Shown: positions 10,617 through 22,684 of the stretch, piece by piece
Numbering within the stretch: position 1 is the first letter of the stretch
Layout of the letters: the number at the start of each line of letters is the position of its first letter
Source of the DNA: Perna viridis
Lineage: Eukaryota
Direction of reading: 5' to 3'
Length of the DNA: 64,000 nt
Assembly: GCA_037379345.1 (NCBI GenBank)
Contig: CM074520.1
Coordinates: 33,080,664-33,144,663 of the forward strand
Translations under genes and position numbers: made by a program
Notes under the pieces: model-generated
What the model saw: only the letters and a program-made list of their open reading frames with translations
What the model was told of the DNA's origin: nothing
The model's database searches: none

Positions 10617-12682
10617 TTAAATGCATGACAGGGCACCAATTCTTTTCCTGAAGTAGCGCCCAACTCTGCCGATCTGACGACGGATGATTCCGAATACGCC
10701 TAGTTTCTTCTCCTCTCTGAATGCGATTCTAGGTTTTGGTAGATCACCATGATACATCACGTCTCTGTTAGATCGGTTTTCGTTCCCTTCGATAATCTTT
10801 GGTGTAAAAAAATAAAGGAAAACATGTAGAATACATTTTGTAGTTGAATTTCTTTCGTTTTCAAGTTCGTTAAAAACAAAGTATCACAAAAAATCGTAAG
10901 AGTAAAATTATTCGTAAGTTATGACGTCACAACACTTTGATTTACTATGACGTCATAACTTACGACAAATTTTACACTTACGATTTTTTGTGAAAAGGAC
11001 CACAGATCTATGTTAAAAAGTACGTTTTTATTTGACTTGTCTTTAATTTACTGATGAGTGAGTTTTGAATTTGTCAAGGTATTCTAAATTCAACAAACTA
11101 TTTCACCTTTATCTGTGCATAGTCAAGTGATTGTTTTCTCGTGCAGATTAATGCATTCACTTGCATTTGTTACATACATTGTCTTCCATTGAAATGACTG
11201 TTATCATTGACCCGGAAGGAGATGGTGGTGACATAAGCGATCCTCTGACTTCTGGATTATACTGTGGTCTTATTTCATTTGTCAGCGTTATAATGGAAAT
11301 ATCGCTTTCGCATGGGCTCACCAGACTTTCTTCTTCACTTCCGGTTTTAGAGTCCTTCTGTTTAAGTGAAGAACCCTCCTTAAATATAAATGATATACTT
11401 TCGTAAACAAATTTTTGTTTAAAATTGTTTCGGTTTAGACAATTGTTTAAAAAGCTGGAAAAACTTTCAAATCGATTGAGATGGATTTCAAAAAGTATTT
11501 GGTTCAGACAGGGTAACGAATTATTCAGGGTTCGGTTTGGACAGGTTTCCCTGTATTATAGATGTTACACTTTTATCGTTTTCAAAGCAATTGCAAAATC
11601 TTGTTTATACCATTTGTCCCCCTGTAACTTGACTACGCCAAGCTATGTCCAATGCATGACTGTTGCTCTTCTCGCTTTCTTCCATGGCTCTAAGTTCTTC
11701 CTGGAAAAGCTTCTCTGTCTCTTCTGCTTCTGTAACCTGTACCTGGTGTATTAAAATTAGATTTCAAATATCATCATGTGTGTGTAAATGATAAATATAG
11801 TCTATGATTTTACAATATTTATCTTTTTATATGTAACTGACTTGTTAAGGTTTGGGAAAGAGAACCTAAACCAGTTATATACTATTCATTCAAACGAGTG
11901 CCGAATGTTGTTTAACATGTGTGTATAGCTTTTTCTATTTCCTAAAATTGGACCAAAAATAGATAATAATTATTATTGTTTTAAGTCATCACGTCTGAAG
12001 AAGGTTATTTTACATAATTTTGGCTTTCATATTTGTATTTTTTTTCTTAGTGTAACTATATCAGTCTTTTATTCCCTTGGTATTTCTTACTGTATTACAT
12101 GTACATACCAATTCTTTTGATTGCACCAAAATTCTTCTTATCTCCGGCGAAGCTGATTTCAGTCCCGTGAATCTTTCAGATACCAGTTTCTGATCCAAGA
12201 CATCTTGCGAAGATACCTCTTTTTGGTTCATGAACGGTCCGGGTGACATTGGTCTCTGGTTTTTGAACGCAGCAATGGTTGTGACCTGACTTCGATCAAT
12301 AATCTGAAATATAAATAATTCTTGATTTGCTGTTTGCTGAAATCAAAACTCTTAATACCACAACTCATACATGCATGCAAAGGGAATGTTATGATGGTTA
12401 CCCGCTCCCCTCATTTGTATTTTTTTAATTTTGTGCAAAAAATTAGCAATAACAGCTTGAATCTCACTTTTTCTGTACCCCTTTCCAATAGTGTACTTGT
12501 GGTATTCATGTCGAATAATCGTGTGAAAAAAAAATACGTACCATCCCCTACTGCCCATGCATTTAAATACAAGTTAAACTTACCGAATTTTTTTCCACTT
12601 TTGGTTCTTCCTTGACATAGCCATATTCCCAAAAATCTTCATCACTTTTGCTTGAATATACGCTCCATTTAGGAACAGACAT
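10617..12682 (-). CDS. Orphan family paralog B, complete, 268 aa; exons 12682-12584, 12303-12109, 11742-11611, 11378-11178, 10796-10617
   Basis: Five exons (99, 195, 132, 201, 180 nt) with all phase-0 GT-AG introns, from ATG to TAA with no internal stop. The protein ends ...EEKKLGVFGIIRRQIGRVGRYFRKRIGALSCI*. Motifs and splice positions are shared with paralog C. Confidence 0.82.
10884..10993. mobile_element. Palindromic MITE in intron 4 of paralog B
   Basis: TCACAAAAAATCGTAAGAGTAAAATT..TCGTAAGTTATGACGTCA is mirrored by TGACGTCATAACTTACGA..AATTTTACACTTACGATTTTTTGTGA. Confidence 0.75.
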
Positions 12683-14340
12683 CGTTGCTATTAGAACGGC
12701 AACGTTTCAGTCTTTCTGGACGACGTTACCACGGAAGTCGATTGAAACGTCACATATTCCATTGTGACTTTGAGCTCTTAAACAATCGATGCATCCGCGG
12801 TCAAATCGGCAATGTTCGGAATCCCGATGTTGGCCGAGAAGTTGCGATTTACCTCTCAAGTTCATTTTACCATTCACATTGTTCAGACATTTGAAAATTA
12901 TGTCCCTCCTTTTCCGACACAAAAAAAAACAAACATAATAGGGTAGGAGTGTCAGTGACATCTTATATATTATATCAAAATCGTTCTGTCGGTACTGGCG
13001 ACTGCAATCTCCTGTGCAGTGAGTCAAATTTTTATACGACCCTATAGCTAGCGGAGTGATACGCAGTGAACCCAGGAGCGGCTATACATCTGCATAGGAG
13101 ATTGAGATTTTTGTTAAAACCTTCTAACGCAGGCGCAGATTGAACATATGTTTTAGCACAATGTTGTATTTACCCACACATTTCCATTTTAAATTCCAAT
13201 GACACGAATGATTTAGAAATCGAACGAAAAGATCAGGCTATGACATACTGTTTGGCTATTATTCCTCATTTTTATTCCAACCATATATTGAAAAGGAAAC
13301 TAATCATCAAACGATCAGTATTAGTTTGAATTCGGCACTTTAAAATTCAATGAATTAAGTATGTTTTTTTTTTCCACGATTGAGTAAATTTTACTATCAG
13401 GCTTAAGCCTTTTTTCTGAACCAATCAGAACGTATTTCTATTATTTCAAATATTTTTCCGACACAGTCGGTATAGTTTCGCTTTTTACCCTTTGACCTTA
13501 CAGACGCTCTTCCATGGAAACGCATTTCTCCTGACCTAAATTCTGTTTCTCGATTGGCCAAATACTGATAACTTAGTGGCGTTCGAAAAACTGTATCGGA
13601 AATTAAAATTGCGTGTCATGAGTTATTTTCTGAATGAAATGTAGAAAATTATAAGTAAAAAGAACAAATTTTACTGCGTCGGCTATCTTTTTTTAAAGAC
13701 AGTACTTGTTTATACTTGTTTGTAGCTTAGAAATTGCCTCAAGACTTTCTTCAATACTGATCTCATCTCAAGCAGATTTCAGAGTTTTGTTCAGATCTCT
13801 CCAAGATGTCAAGTCTGTTTGTTTGAACTTACCAAATTGGGTGCCAACTAAGCTGAACTGAGAGCCGCCATCTCGCTGTAAGATATATCTAGTGAATATA
13901 AAGTATTTGGAGAGAAACTGCACTGAATGTGAATTTTCAAAATTCCAAATGACCATTTTAAAGGTCACCTAAATATGTCAACAAGATTATTTTAACGCTT
14001 CCTCCCTATAATTTTTGCCCTCTCCCTCTCTTCTTGTATTTCTCCAAAAGCTTGTCCATTTGTTAATCAGTTACTCTTAATCTGGAAAATGCTGCTATCA
14101 ACAACATCTCTTCATGTATGTGTAATATTTTCTATTAGGGAACGCCACGAACAACCATGAAAATGTGTCTAAAAAATCTTACTATTTGGCACTCGAGAAA
14201 ACAAAGGCCGTCGATCTTAACAAGTTGCAAAATAGAAATTGAGCTGAATAAATTTCAAGCATACTGCTTTGGAGCTTTGACAGACGTTTAGAATATGTTC
14301 ATTCTTAATATCAACTTCTGACATTAATATTGTTACTTTT
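11080..14340. repeat. Copy B of the local segmental duplication
   Basis: Direct alignment to 1-7900. Homology ends near 14340, before the TCAF 3' end. Confidence 0.9.
12722..12768 (-). promoter_or_regulatory. Conserved 47-bp promoter block of paralog B
   Basis: The minus strand reads GTCACAATGGAATATGTGACGTTTCAATCGACTTCCGTGGTAACGTC, 36/47 ungapped identity to 22603-22649. Confidence 0.6.
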
Positions 14341-15044
14341 CAATTCACGTATTCCTAAATAGTTATTTATTCTGTAATAACGTGTTGTGCTGTCATTTCG
14401 GAAATTCAAGTCTCTTCTCGAAATACAGAATTATCTTTTAAAAAGATTATTCTACTTAAAAAAAAACAGCCCCCATGGGATTTTTTTTATCTAAAACGAT
14501 AGAAATAGGAACAAATGGACCATCGTTTAACCTTTGTATAAATACTAATACTTATAGAGATCACCAAAATATGTAAACACACGGTGATACCTTCAAGTAA
14601 GCTCTGAAAGGCCCCGACAACAAAAGTAATGAAATACACGGTAACAGAACGATGACATGTCTTCAAAATAAACTAAAAAGTCAAATAACGACACGTAGAC
14701 TCATTAATTAATGACCAACATCTCAACACTATTGACATTTAGGCGAAATCATTCATTTCTAAGTATAAAGCGCAGCAGAAAAACTTGACAATATTGTACA
14801 AACATCTTAAGTTAAGGCAACGGAAAAACACCATTTACTTTAGCAATTATTTGTTAAAAAATTAAGGATTCTGGAATTATATGTTCTGTATCGGGCTTTA
14901 TTGAAAATTTTATAACATACAAAATTTACAGAGATAGACTAAGTACATAAGAATTCTCACTTGTAAAAGTACTGTACGTGTGCTCGTAAGAACTCTAGTA
15001 GTTTTTATGATTTGACTCTCTTGAAAATAATTAATATTCGTATG

Positions 15045-18000
15045 TCAGATCAAGCCACAAGTCGATTGGTCTTCTGACGATACATCGATATTATCAAGGG
15101 CACGATCCTCGTCGTCTTTAGAAATATCAATGGTATATATTTCCCTTATGGCCATTGCTCTTTCCTTACCAATATCATTCGTAATATCGTCATCTGGTAG
15201 AAACATTGGGAACTTGCTTATTTCATCAAATTCTTTGATAGGCCATCCCCAAAAATCAAATAGTGGACTTAAGTTCTTTTTCACTACTTCCGAAAAAGTA
15301 GTCACCCACAGATTTATTTTATCCTCTTTTGTCTTTGGGTGTGAATCTTTTGGAAGGTCATTGTATATTCTGAATACTTTCTTGTAAGAATCCCATCCAA
15401 AATCTCGAGCCAGCTGTGCGTATACAAACAATGCTACTCCTGGTTTAGAGCTCCATGTCTTAAAATCTGCACCTCCCTGAAAGAAATCGTTTAGAAGTTT
15501 TGAGAATGTTTGATAAAGCTTACATTTTGCTGTCACGACCGACTGGGTGTACATATGACAATGCAAATTTACGCAAAGGCCAATGTAAAACAAAGGTCTA
15601 TGTTAAAACCGGTCCAAACTAAACCGTTTCTCATAGATTTTGCAAGACTTTAGTCTTTGGTTTAATATACTTCGATAATTTTTTTAATATATTACAGGAC
15701 TTTAGAAAAAAATGATAAGCCTCAGTCTGTTTATTGCATAGCCCAGTTTATGCTGTGTTCAGATTAGACAGAATTCACCTTAATCAAAATTCTAACTCCT
15801 ATTTACAAGTACATTGCACATGTACATATAGATACAAGTAGAAGAAGCCGTGACAGTAGCAATTGCAATTTAAGTGTAAGTGTTCGTAAGAATCAGACAA
15901 AATGGGAAAATCAGAAACATACATATCAAAACCCCACCGATCTGACAATGTAATATTACTCAAGGATGCTTTCTCTATTTGAAAAGACCATTATTTGATC
16001 TCTGCATCACTGGCTTTGCTGATAAAAATCTATCAGTATTACAACTATGCAATTCAAAGAAATACTGGAAGTACCCGGAAGTAGTTTTAGCTAACTGCAA
16101 CCCATTATAAAATGCTTATATCAAATACCGTACCTCAAAGAATGATTTAACTCCCTTTAACTGTTTTTGGAGCCACGGATGGAGCCACGGTTTTATTCCA
16201 CAAATTTTGTCCATTGCATGTAGGGTAAATATATTGCATGTCACCTCGCCAGTACCCTGCCACGTCCAAAGGCCATTTTGAAAATTATGACCAATCTCGT
16301 GAAACAACCCCCATCGTCCCTCCTTCATGATATTTTCTTTTTGGAACTGAAAAATGTTCGGTCGGTTCTGAAATAAAACAAAAAAATGTTGTTTTTTTTT
16401 CGCAACACAATATCAACTTATCACATATAAAAACTCTCAACAGTAGTCTTTATGAGAAGATAATGACTTATTGACAAATTTCCACATGAACAAAATTAAA
16501 CCATTTGTAAGTAAAAAAAAACTTGTAAGGCGTTACCAAGGCATGTATCAAAGTACCAGTCCGTTTCCAGACGGAAAAGATACTCTGCATTTAAAGTAAA
16601 GAACGGGAGCCTTTTAGGGCCATGCTATTTACTTGTTATAATTTGTTATAACAGATAGGTAATTTGTTACTACAGATTATTTAATTTGATTATAACGGAT
16701 TACTAATTTGTTATTACAAGTTAGTAATTAGTTAATTTGTTATATCAAATTATTAACTTGATACATGTACTTGTTAAATCAAATCACTAATTAGTCATAT
16801 CAAATTAAATAATTTGTTATGACAAATTAATAACCTATTATAAAAGGCTTCCGTACTATAGCATTTTCCTTTGGTATGTATGTAAATTTAACTCCAATTT
16901 GAAACCATTCCTTCAATTCTTCATCTTATCTTTATCAACTGTACCACGATACTTATTACGCAGCGCCACACACTGAAGAAAGTAGCTCTAAGACACTTAG
17001 TCTAATATTGCAAACAAATTGTTCTCCGTGCCATTCCTTAGAAAACATGATTTCTGCGATTGAAAGTCATTGTACAGCTTAGGCAGGATCTCTAAAAAAA
17101 ACCTAATATGACCATAAGTTTATGTATTTGTAGAAAACAATGTCGGTCGCGTATCAATGTACACTTAATATTGTCATGATAGATCTTGCCCCCATAATGG
17201 CCATGCTGGAAGACGATCATTATTCTTGTTTACCTTCAACATATTCAGACGTACTAAACTCATGAAGTCCACAATTACTTGTAGACAGGACCTGATGGAG
17301 TCTCTTGATGTCACACTACCTTTTTTACCTAGGCAACATTTTTTTTTTATTTTTCAGATTTATTCTCCTTTCGCTATGAGAAATTATATTTGGAACGATT
17401 TTGACCATAGAGACTAAATCTGAATAATACAAAAAAATATTGCCTATGTAAATAGAGGGAGTGACATCAAGAGGCTTCTTCCGAATCCGTTTACAAGTAT
17501 CTTTGATTTTAATTCAACGTACCTGGTCTGTAACATCCAAATGGGTCACGATTGGATAACCGCTGTGCATGTAACCAGCTGACGGTTGAATATCTGAAAC
17601 TACCCACTGTCCCCGACCATTAGATGCGTCTTTACCTAAGAGATCAATGTAAGTTTCGACTACGGCATCCCATAATTTCATAGTTTCTGTTAGGTCTGAC
17701 AAGTCTCGAACTGATCTAGAAGGTAAGGTAAAAGCAATTCTTTTACCGATGACATCGCACCAGATTCCAGGGTTTTTAGAGTTTTCTCCCCATTTTTCTG
17801 CTGTTTCGTAGGTAAACATTGGAGAACGGACTACGTTGTGCATGTTTATCTTGATTTGATCATCCGGCCCAGCTTTAGAGCACCTTATGTAAATTAATCC
17901 TCCGAAGGGGCTGCTGACTCTTTTAGGTACATTGCATTCTGTTTTGGTTGGACCGAGATGTGTTTTCGATATGATCATAGGCCACCTTTCGAATGCCTTG

Positions 18001-20600
18001 GTTGCTTTCTTATTTTGAAGGTTATCAGTGTGGGCTCCAATGTAAAGCTTCCAGGGGATTCGATTTCCCTCCCATGAAACCTCCAAAGTAGTTCCAGCAG
18101 GAAGATAGTATCCGGTTGCTTGACGTCTCTTAAGGCCGTCGGAATAAAGTTCTACCGAGATATTTTCTAATTCTGAGTTTTTGTCAAATGTTCCCGGGAA
18201 ATCGTTGATACCGTCTGCTATGACTTGATTACCCATTATGCCTTGTCTCACCATCACGTGACCTTGCAGGATCGCTGCGTTTTTACGATGCATGCACTTA
18301 ATTGGTGTATTTTTGACAGGCACGTGATCGTTATTTGGCGATAGGTGGTGTATGAGATCCATAAAAGTCGATTCATGCCGGTTAAAGAGTTCATCAGGTA
18401 AATGACACACGTGATCTACTATTGTGTCATACAAATTCTCGTTTACTTCTTGAGTTTTTATGGCTTCGCTTAGACTAGACAGCTTACTCAAATGAGCCAG
18501 GTTATCAGCCATGAGAACTTTATTGCCGGTGTCTTTCTTAAAGTGCATTTTCCCAGCAAACGCCATTCCTATTTTAGACAATATTTGAGTGAGTGGAAGG
18601 CAAGATACTGGAACTTTTTTTAATTGAGAAACTCCCCATGGGCAGCAACCACAAATGAGACCACCACCACCTTCAATCCATTCAAATAGCTGGTTCCTGG
18701 CTTCTGTTGTCAGCTCTGGCCAACCGGACCAGGTCAAAACTTTGCTGTCTGCAGGAAGTTTGTCTAATGTTCCGATGTAGCTCCCAAATTTTTGAATTTT
18801 AGTCCCGTCGTCTGTTCCCTTGGTGATCCATTTGATGACATTTCTATTGAATCTCTCGTTTCCAAATTTATTCCTTTCAAAATTTTCAAAATCACCCAGT
18901 AAACTGTTGTGTGAAAAGACCACAACCCTTCCTTTTCCAAGTTCGGCTGAAAAATTAATAAAATTTAATTTGAAAATAGAGATTTTTAAGTGATTCTTGG
19001 TAAGCACCAAACTATCTTACTAATTTGTCATTTTCAAATCAATACTACAAGAAGATCCCTGTACATGTAACACCAATTTGAGTTCTTTTGAAATTAGGGA
19101 AATGCACAAATGCACTTTCTATACACTCCAAGGGCGATTCTTCAATTTTATCAGAGAGAGATTCGTAAAAATATTGTATTTTAAAAAGAGGTCAGAGTAT
19201 CATTTGCTTATTTAGTCAAAGTTTCGCCAAAAAAAAATACAGGAAGTTTCCAAAAAGGGGGGTTACAACCGCTGCACCCTTTGGAACTGCACTCATTGCA
19301 CAAATAGCAATATTATCTGAATTAATCAATTAGAATAAAATTTAAGTAGATCAGAGCAGGTGTCTCATTTCTAGAATAAATATTGTAAGATAGAAAATAC
19401 AAGTATTTTTCGAAAATGAAGTATTTCTGAAATGCCTGAATTCTTGAAATCTCAAAACATAAGAAATATTACTGACTTCTTATGACAAGTGCCTACCAAG
19501 TTAAAAATACCGGTACTTAAGATATCAGTCATTTTAAAACTACCAAAGAAAGTTTTCACCCACAGATGTGTCAAAAAGCCAAAAATGGATATTTTTTAAT
19601 CTCAAGAAGAGATTTTATGTTAATTTAAATGTACATTATACTTACCACAGGAGTCACTAATAACGCGAACATATTCTATATTTATTTTATTGTTAATGTG
19701 ATAAGTATAATGTACAAAATTAATATAAAATAAAAATACGCCTTGTAAATATCCCATTTTCCCTTCACTTCGCTTCAAACAGCTATAAATTAATGTCGAT
19801 GTGAGAACGATACAACAATGAACTAAAATGTTTTCAAATTATGATTGTTTACCATAAAATTTGCATTGCGAATATACAAATGCTACATGTTTATACTGCA
19901 TACAATAATTCTTTCCACATTTTTTCTTTAAAATTTACAAACTTTGACACGGTACAGTTTGCTGTACGAAACATCGCAACTAGCGGATTATCGTTAAACG
20001 TGTTCTATAAATCTTTAAGATATATTCACATGTATATGTAAGATCTATGATAACAAGGATTTGAGTTATTTTCAGATCGAAGGGAAATGTTTCCATCAAA
20101 GCTGCACTTTGGCTTTCATGACAGCTTCACTCTTGACCGAGTCCTTAAATTAGATTTTCTACGCGCGAGCTTTAGTGAGCATGTTAAAACTTCAATTTTA
20201 TCACAGAGAGTAGAGAAAGTAAAAAATCGTTTTCTTCTATGCAATCTGATAACATCTTTGAAAACGTAATCGTCGGAAACTCACGGATGATTACGCTTGC
20301 TTCTTTTTTCACCACATGTATAAGAAGCGTAAATAACAGTGGGATTCCGACGACCAGAAAATGTACAGTGACATGAAACCTCTTCCGATGATAACAAATC
20401 AAATGCACCTAATTTAATTGATTGATTAGGGTGAAGGTAATAAGCATACAAAATGACATACCTACGGCGCATAGAACCTGTCCTCTTGTATTAGCTATTA
20501 CCGCAGTGGAAGATTCCCCACTCACTAATATGATACCAGGAATACCACCAAAGTTCACTTCGACAACTCCATCCAGTATTTCCGTCCGCCATTCGTCCAT
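15045..20600 (-). CDS. TCAF: TRPM8 channel-associated factor homolog / peptidase M60-like zinc metallopeptidase, 742 aa; exons 20600-20462, 18946-17523, 16367-16134, 15476-15045
   Basis: The N-terminus GQVLCAVA-ELGKGRVVVFSH and WIEGGGGLICG are TCAF-like. M60 motifs: ATGYYLPAG, SPFGGLIY, DIQPSAGYMHSGYPI, WGLFHEIGHNFQ and GEVTCNIF. Intron phases (1, 0, 0) are consistent and the total is 2229 nt. A splice acceptor at 20616 implies an upstream non-coding exon. Confidence 0.92.
15870..16023 (+). repeat. About 150-bp dispersed repeat, second copy at about 27045-27200
   Basis: TTAAGTGTAAGTGTT...AAAACCCCACC(G/A)ATCTGACAATGTAATA...TCTCTGCATCACT(G/A)GCTTTGC occurs at both sites. Confidence 0.8.
16603..16855. 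mobile_element. Small TIR element with an internal about 21-bp minisatellite in TCAF intron 2
   Basis: The ends ACGGGAGCCTTTTA and TAAAAGGCTTCCGT are inverted. The interior is repeated AATTTGTTATAACAGATT-like units. Confidence 0.65.
17278..17497. mobile_element. MITE with about 44-bp imperfect TIRs in TCAF intron 2
   Basis: CTTGTAGACAGG...AGTCTCTTGATGTCACACT versus AGTGACATCAAGAGGCT...CCGTTTACAAG. Confidence 0.65.
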
Positions 20601-22602
20601 TTCCTTTCAAGATTCTGTATGATATGAAAACAGAATAAAGCAAGATTATAATGATAATAAAAACTTATATACCTTATTGTTTTAAATATTTTGAATAAAC
20701 TTGTTTAAATGTTAATACAAGCAACTTAAACTATAAATATGTTGATGTTCATTTGACTATTATAGACCCATCAGAACCGTATTCCGGGATTATCAGAATC
20801 CGTATTCCGGGATTATCACGTAAAAGTTTATTTTCATATACGGATGCAACACTAAATTATTATCTCATATATGAGGAATTTGTACTTCTAATTTGTTTAC
20901 TTTTTAATCTCTGTCTCTGATTTTAAAATATTGCATATCAGAGAAAAGATTTGAAGTATAATGCGCAGGAATGTTATATTGTCATGCAATACGGCTGAGA
21001 ATCATAAGTATTTAAGAGGCTGTCCATGTAAAAATCAGGCAGATCCTATGGTTGGCATATGGTAAATTTTACCCTACTGAATTTTTGTTCCAATTAATGT
21101 TTATATCATATGGTTCATCAAATAGTATAAAGATTTTTAATGCGACAACAGATGACTCGGAAAACGACATTAAAGTTCACAAACAAAGCAACCCATATTT
21201 TGCTAAGGTAAAAAAACAAAGAGTTTTCTCCCTTTTTGAATGAATTTCAATGTTTACTATGTATTTTTTCTCTTTAACCATTGCAGTTAATAAAAAAAAC
21301 AATGTTATTATGGGAAAAAGAATTCATTTGATATTGGGGATGGAAAGTTATAGAATGGCATATTTTTATTTCATTTTAGTTATAAATTTTGATTCCAACA
21401 ATCGAAAAGAATACCAACTATTTCCTCCAAAGTTGCTTGCCTTGCTACCGAGGCATTAAATTCTATTTACGGCGTACCCTGTAACCTAAAATCCTGTATC
21501 ACGAGTAACAACTAAAGATAATATTTTATTCAGGCTTTCAACATAAATTAATTAAAAAAATCAAACGTAACCACTTTGTAACAATTCATTACAACATCAA
21601 TATGAAGCTTCACTTTACTGCTAATCTGAACCATCAAGCACGGAACAAGCAAGAAACGATTTAAGGTAGTGCTAGGTCAATTCTTGAAATTGGTCACATT
21701 TTGCTGAAGTAAAGCTTATTTGAGGCTTTGATTTTTTTGGTTTGTTGTTGTTGTTGTTGGTTTTTTTATAAAGAAGTACAATTTTTTTTTATAATCTTGG
21801 ATGTGGGGTCAACCGTGATTAAAAATGAAACTATTTTAGCGTTTTAGTACAGATCACAAGTGTTACCAAAACTAACAGCCAAATACTGTATGTTTTATGA
21901 ATATCAGACACTAAAAATCTCCCACAGAAGGAAAGCAGGCATGGAGGAGATGATAATATTAACATCTTTTTTCGATTCATTTTCTCGCAATTTCAGCTCC
22001 TTAAGTTCGTATGAAATTATGCATCTGAAAATCAATCACTTAAATGCAGAGGCGAGAAATACGGTAGGGGAGTGAAACATTCCGGATGCCATTCTTCATT
22101 TTAATATCTGTCTAGGTATAACATTTAAACAATATATCTACGGACGTTCAACTTACAATTTTATAAGTTTTACAAAATTAAACCTTGTCAATTCTGTGTT
22201 TGAAAGTACGGAACAATGGGCCTAAATATAACAGCACCCTAATCATGAAAGTTTAACTTCTTTAAGCACGGTATTTTTTTTAAGTGGGCCAACATGAGTC
22301 GGACAGAAAATGTAGTCACAGTCAAACTGGGTTGGGCGGAGCATAATAACAACACACACACCTTGTTTTTCTTGTCTACACTTCCAGGTGCATATTCACA
22401 GGGGACACCCCGGCGTTCGACCATTCTTAAATTGGGATTTTTTGGGGGGGAATGGAATCTTGTTTTTGTTTTTTTGTTCGTTTGTTTGTTTTTTTTTTTA
22501 AATTCTAACCCAATATTTTTCCCTCGGTCGTAACTCTAGTTACATCCATAACCTGAAATCTTTGATCCACCCTGACTCCGTTTGATGGGGCTATCATGAC
22601 CA

Positions 22603-22649
22603 GTCACAGTCGAAATTATGACGTTTCGCCCGACTCCCATAGTAACGTC
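22603..22649 (+). promoter_or_regulatory. Conserved 47-bp promoter block of paralog C
   Basis: GTCACAGTCGAAATTATGACGTTTCGCCCGACTCCCATAGTAACGTC lies 35 nt upstream of ATG 22685 and is homologous to the A/B blocks. Confidence 0.6.
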
Positions 22650-22684
22650 CCTTTGCACTTAGAAGGTCATTCCGTTTGTGCAAC

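Noticed and set aside
17523-18946. Long TCAF exon as a bacterial horizontal transfer or contaminant
   Set aside because: It is embedded in a spliced four-exon gene with an animal TCAF-type N-terminus and host repeats in its introns.
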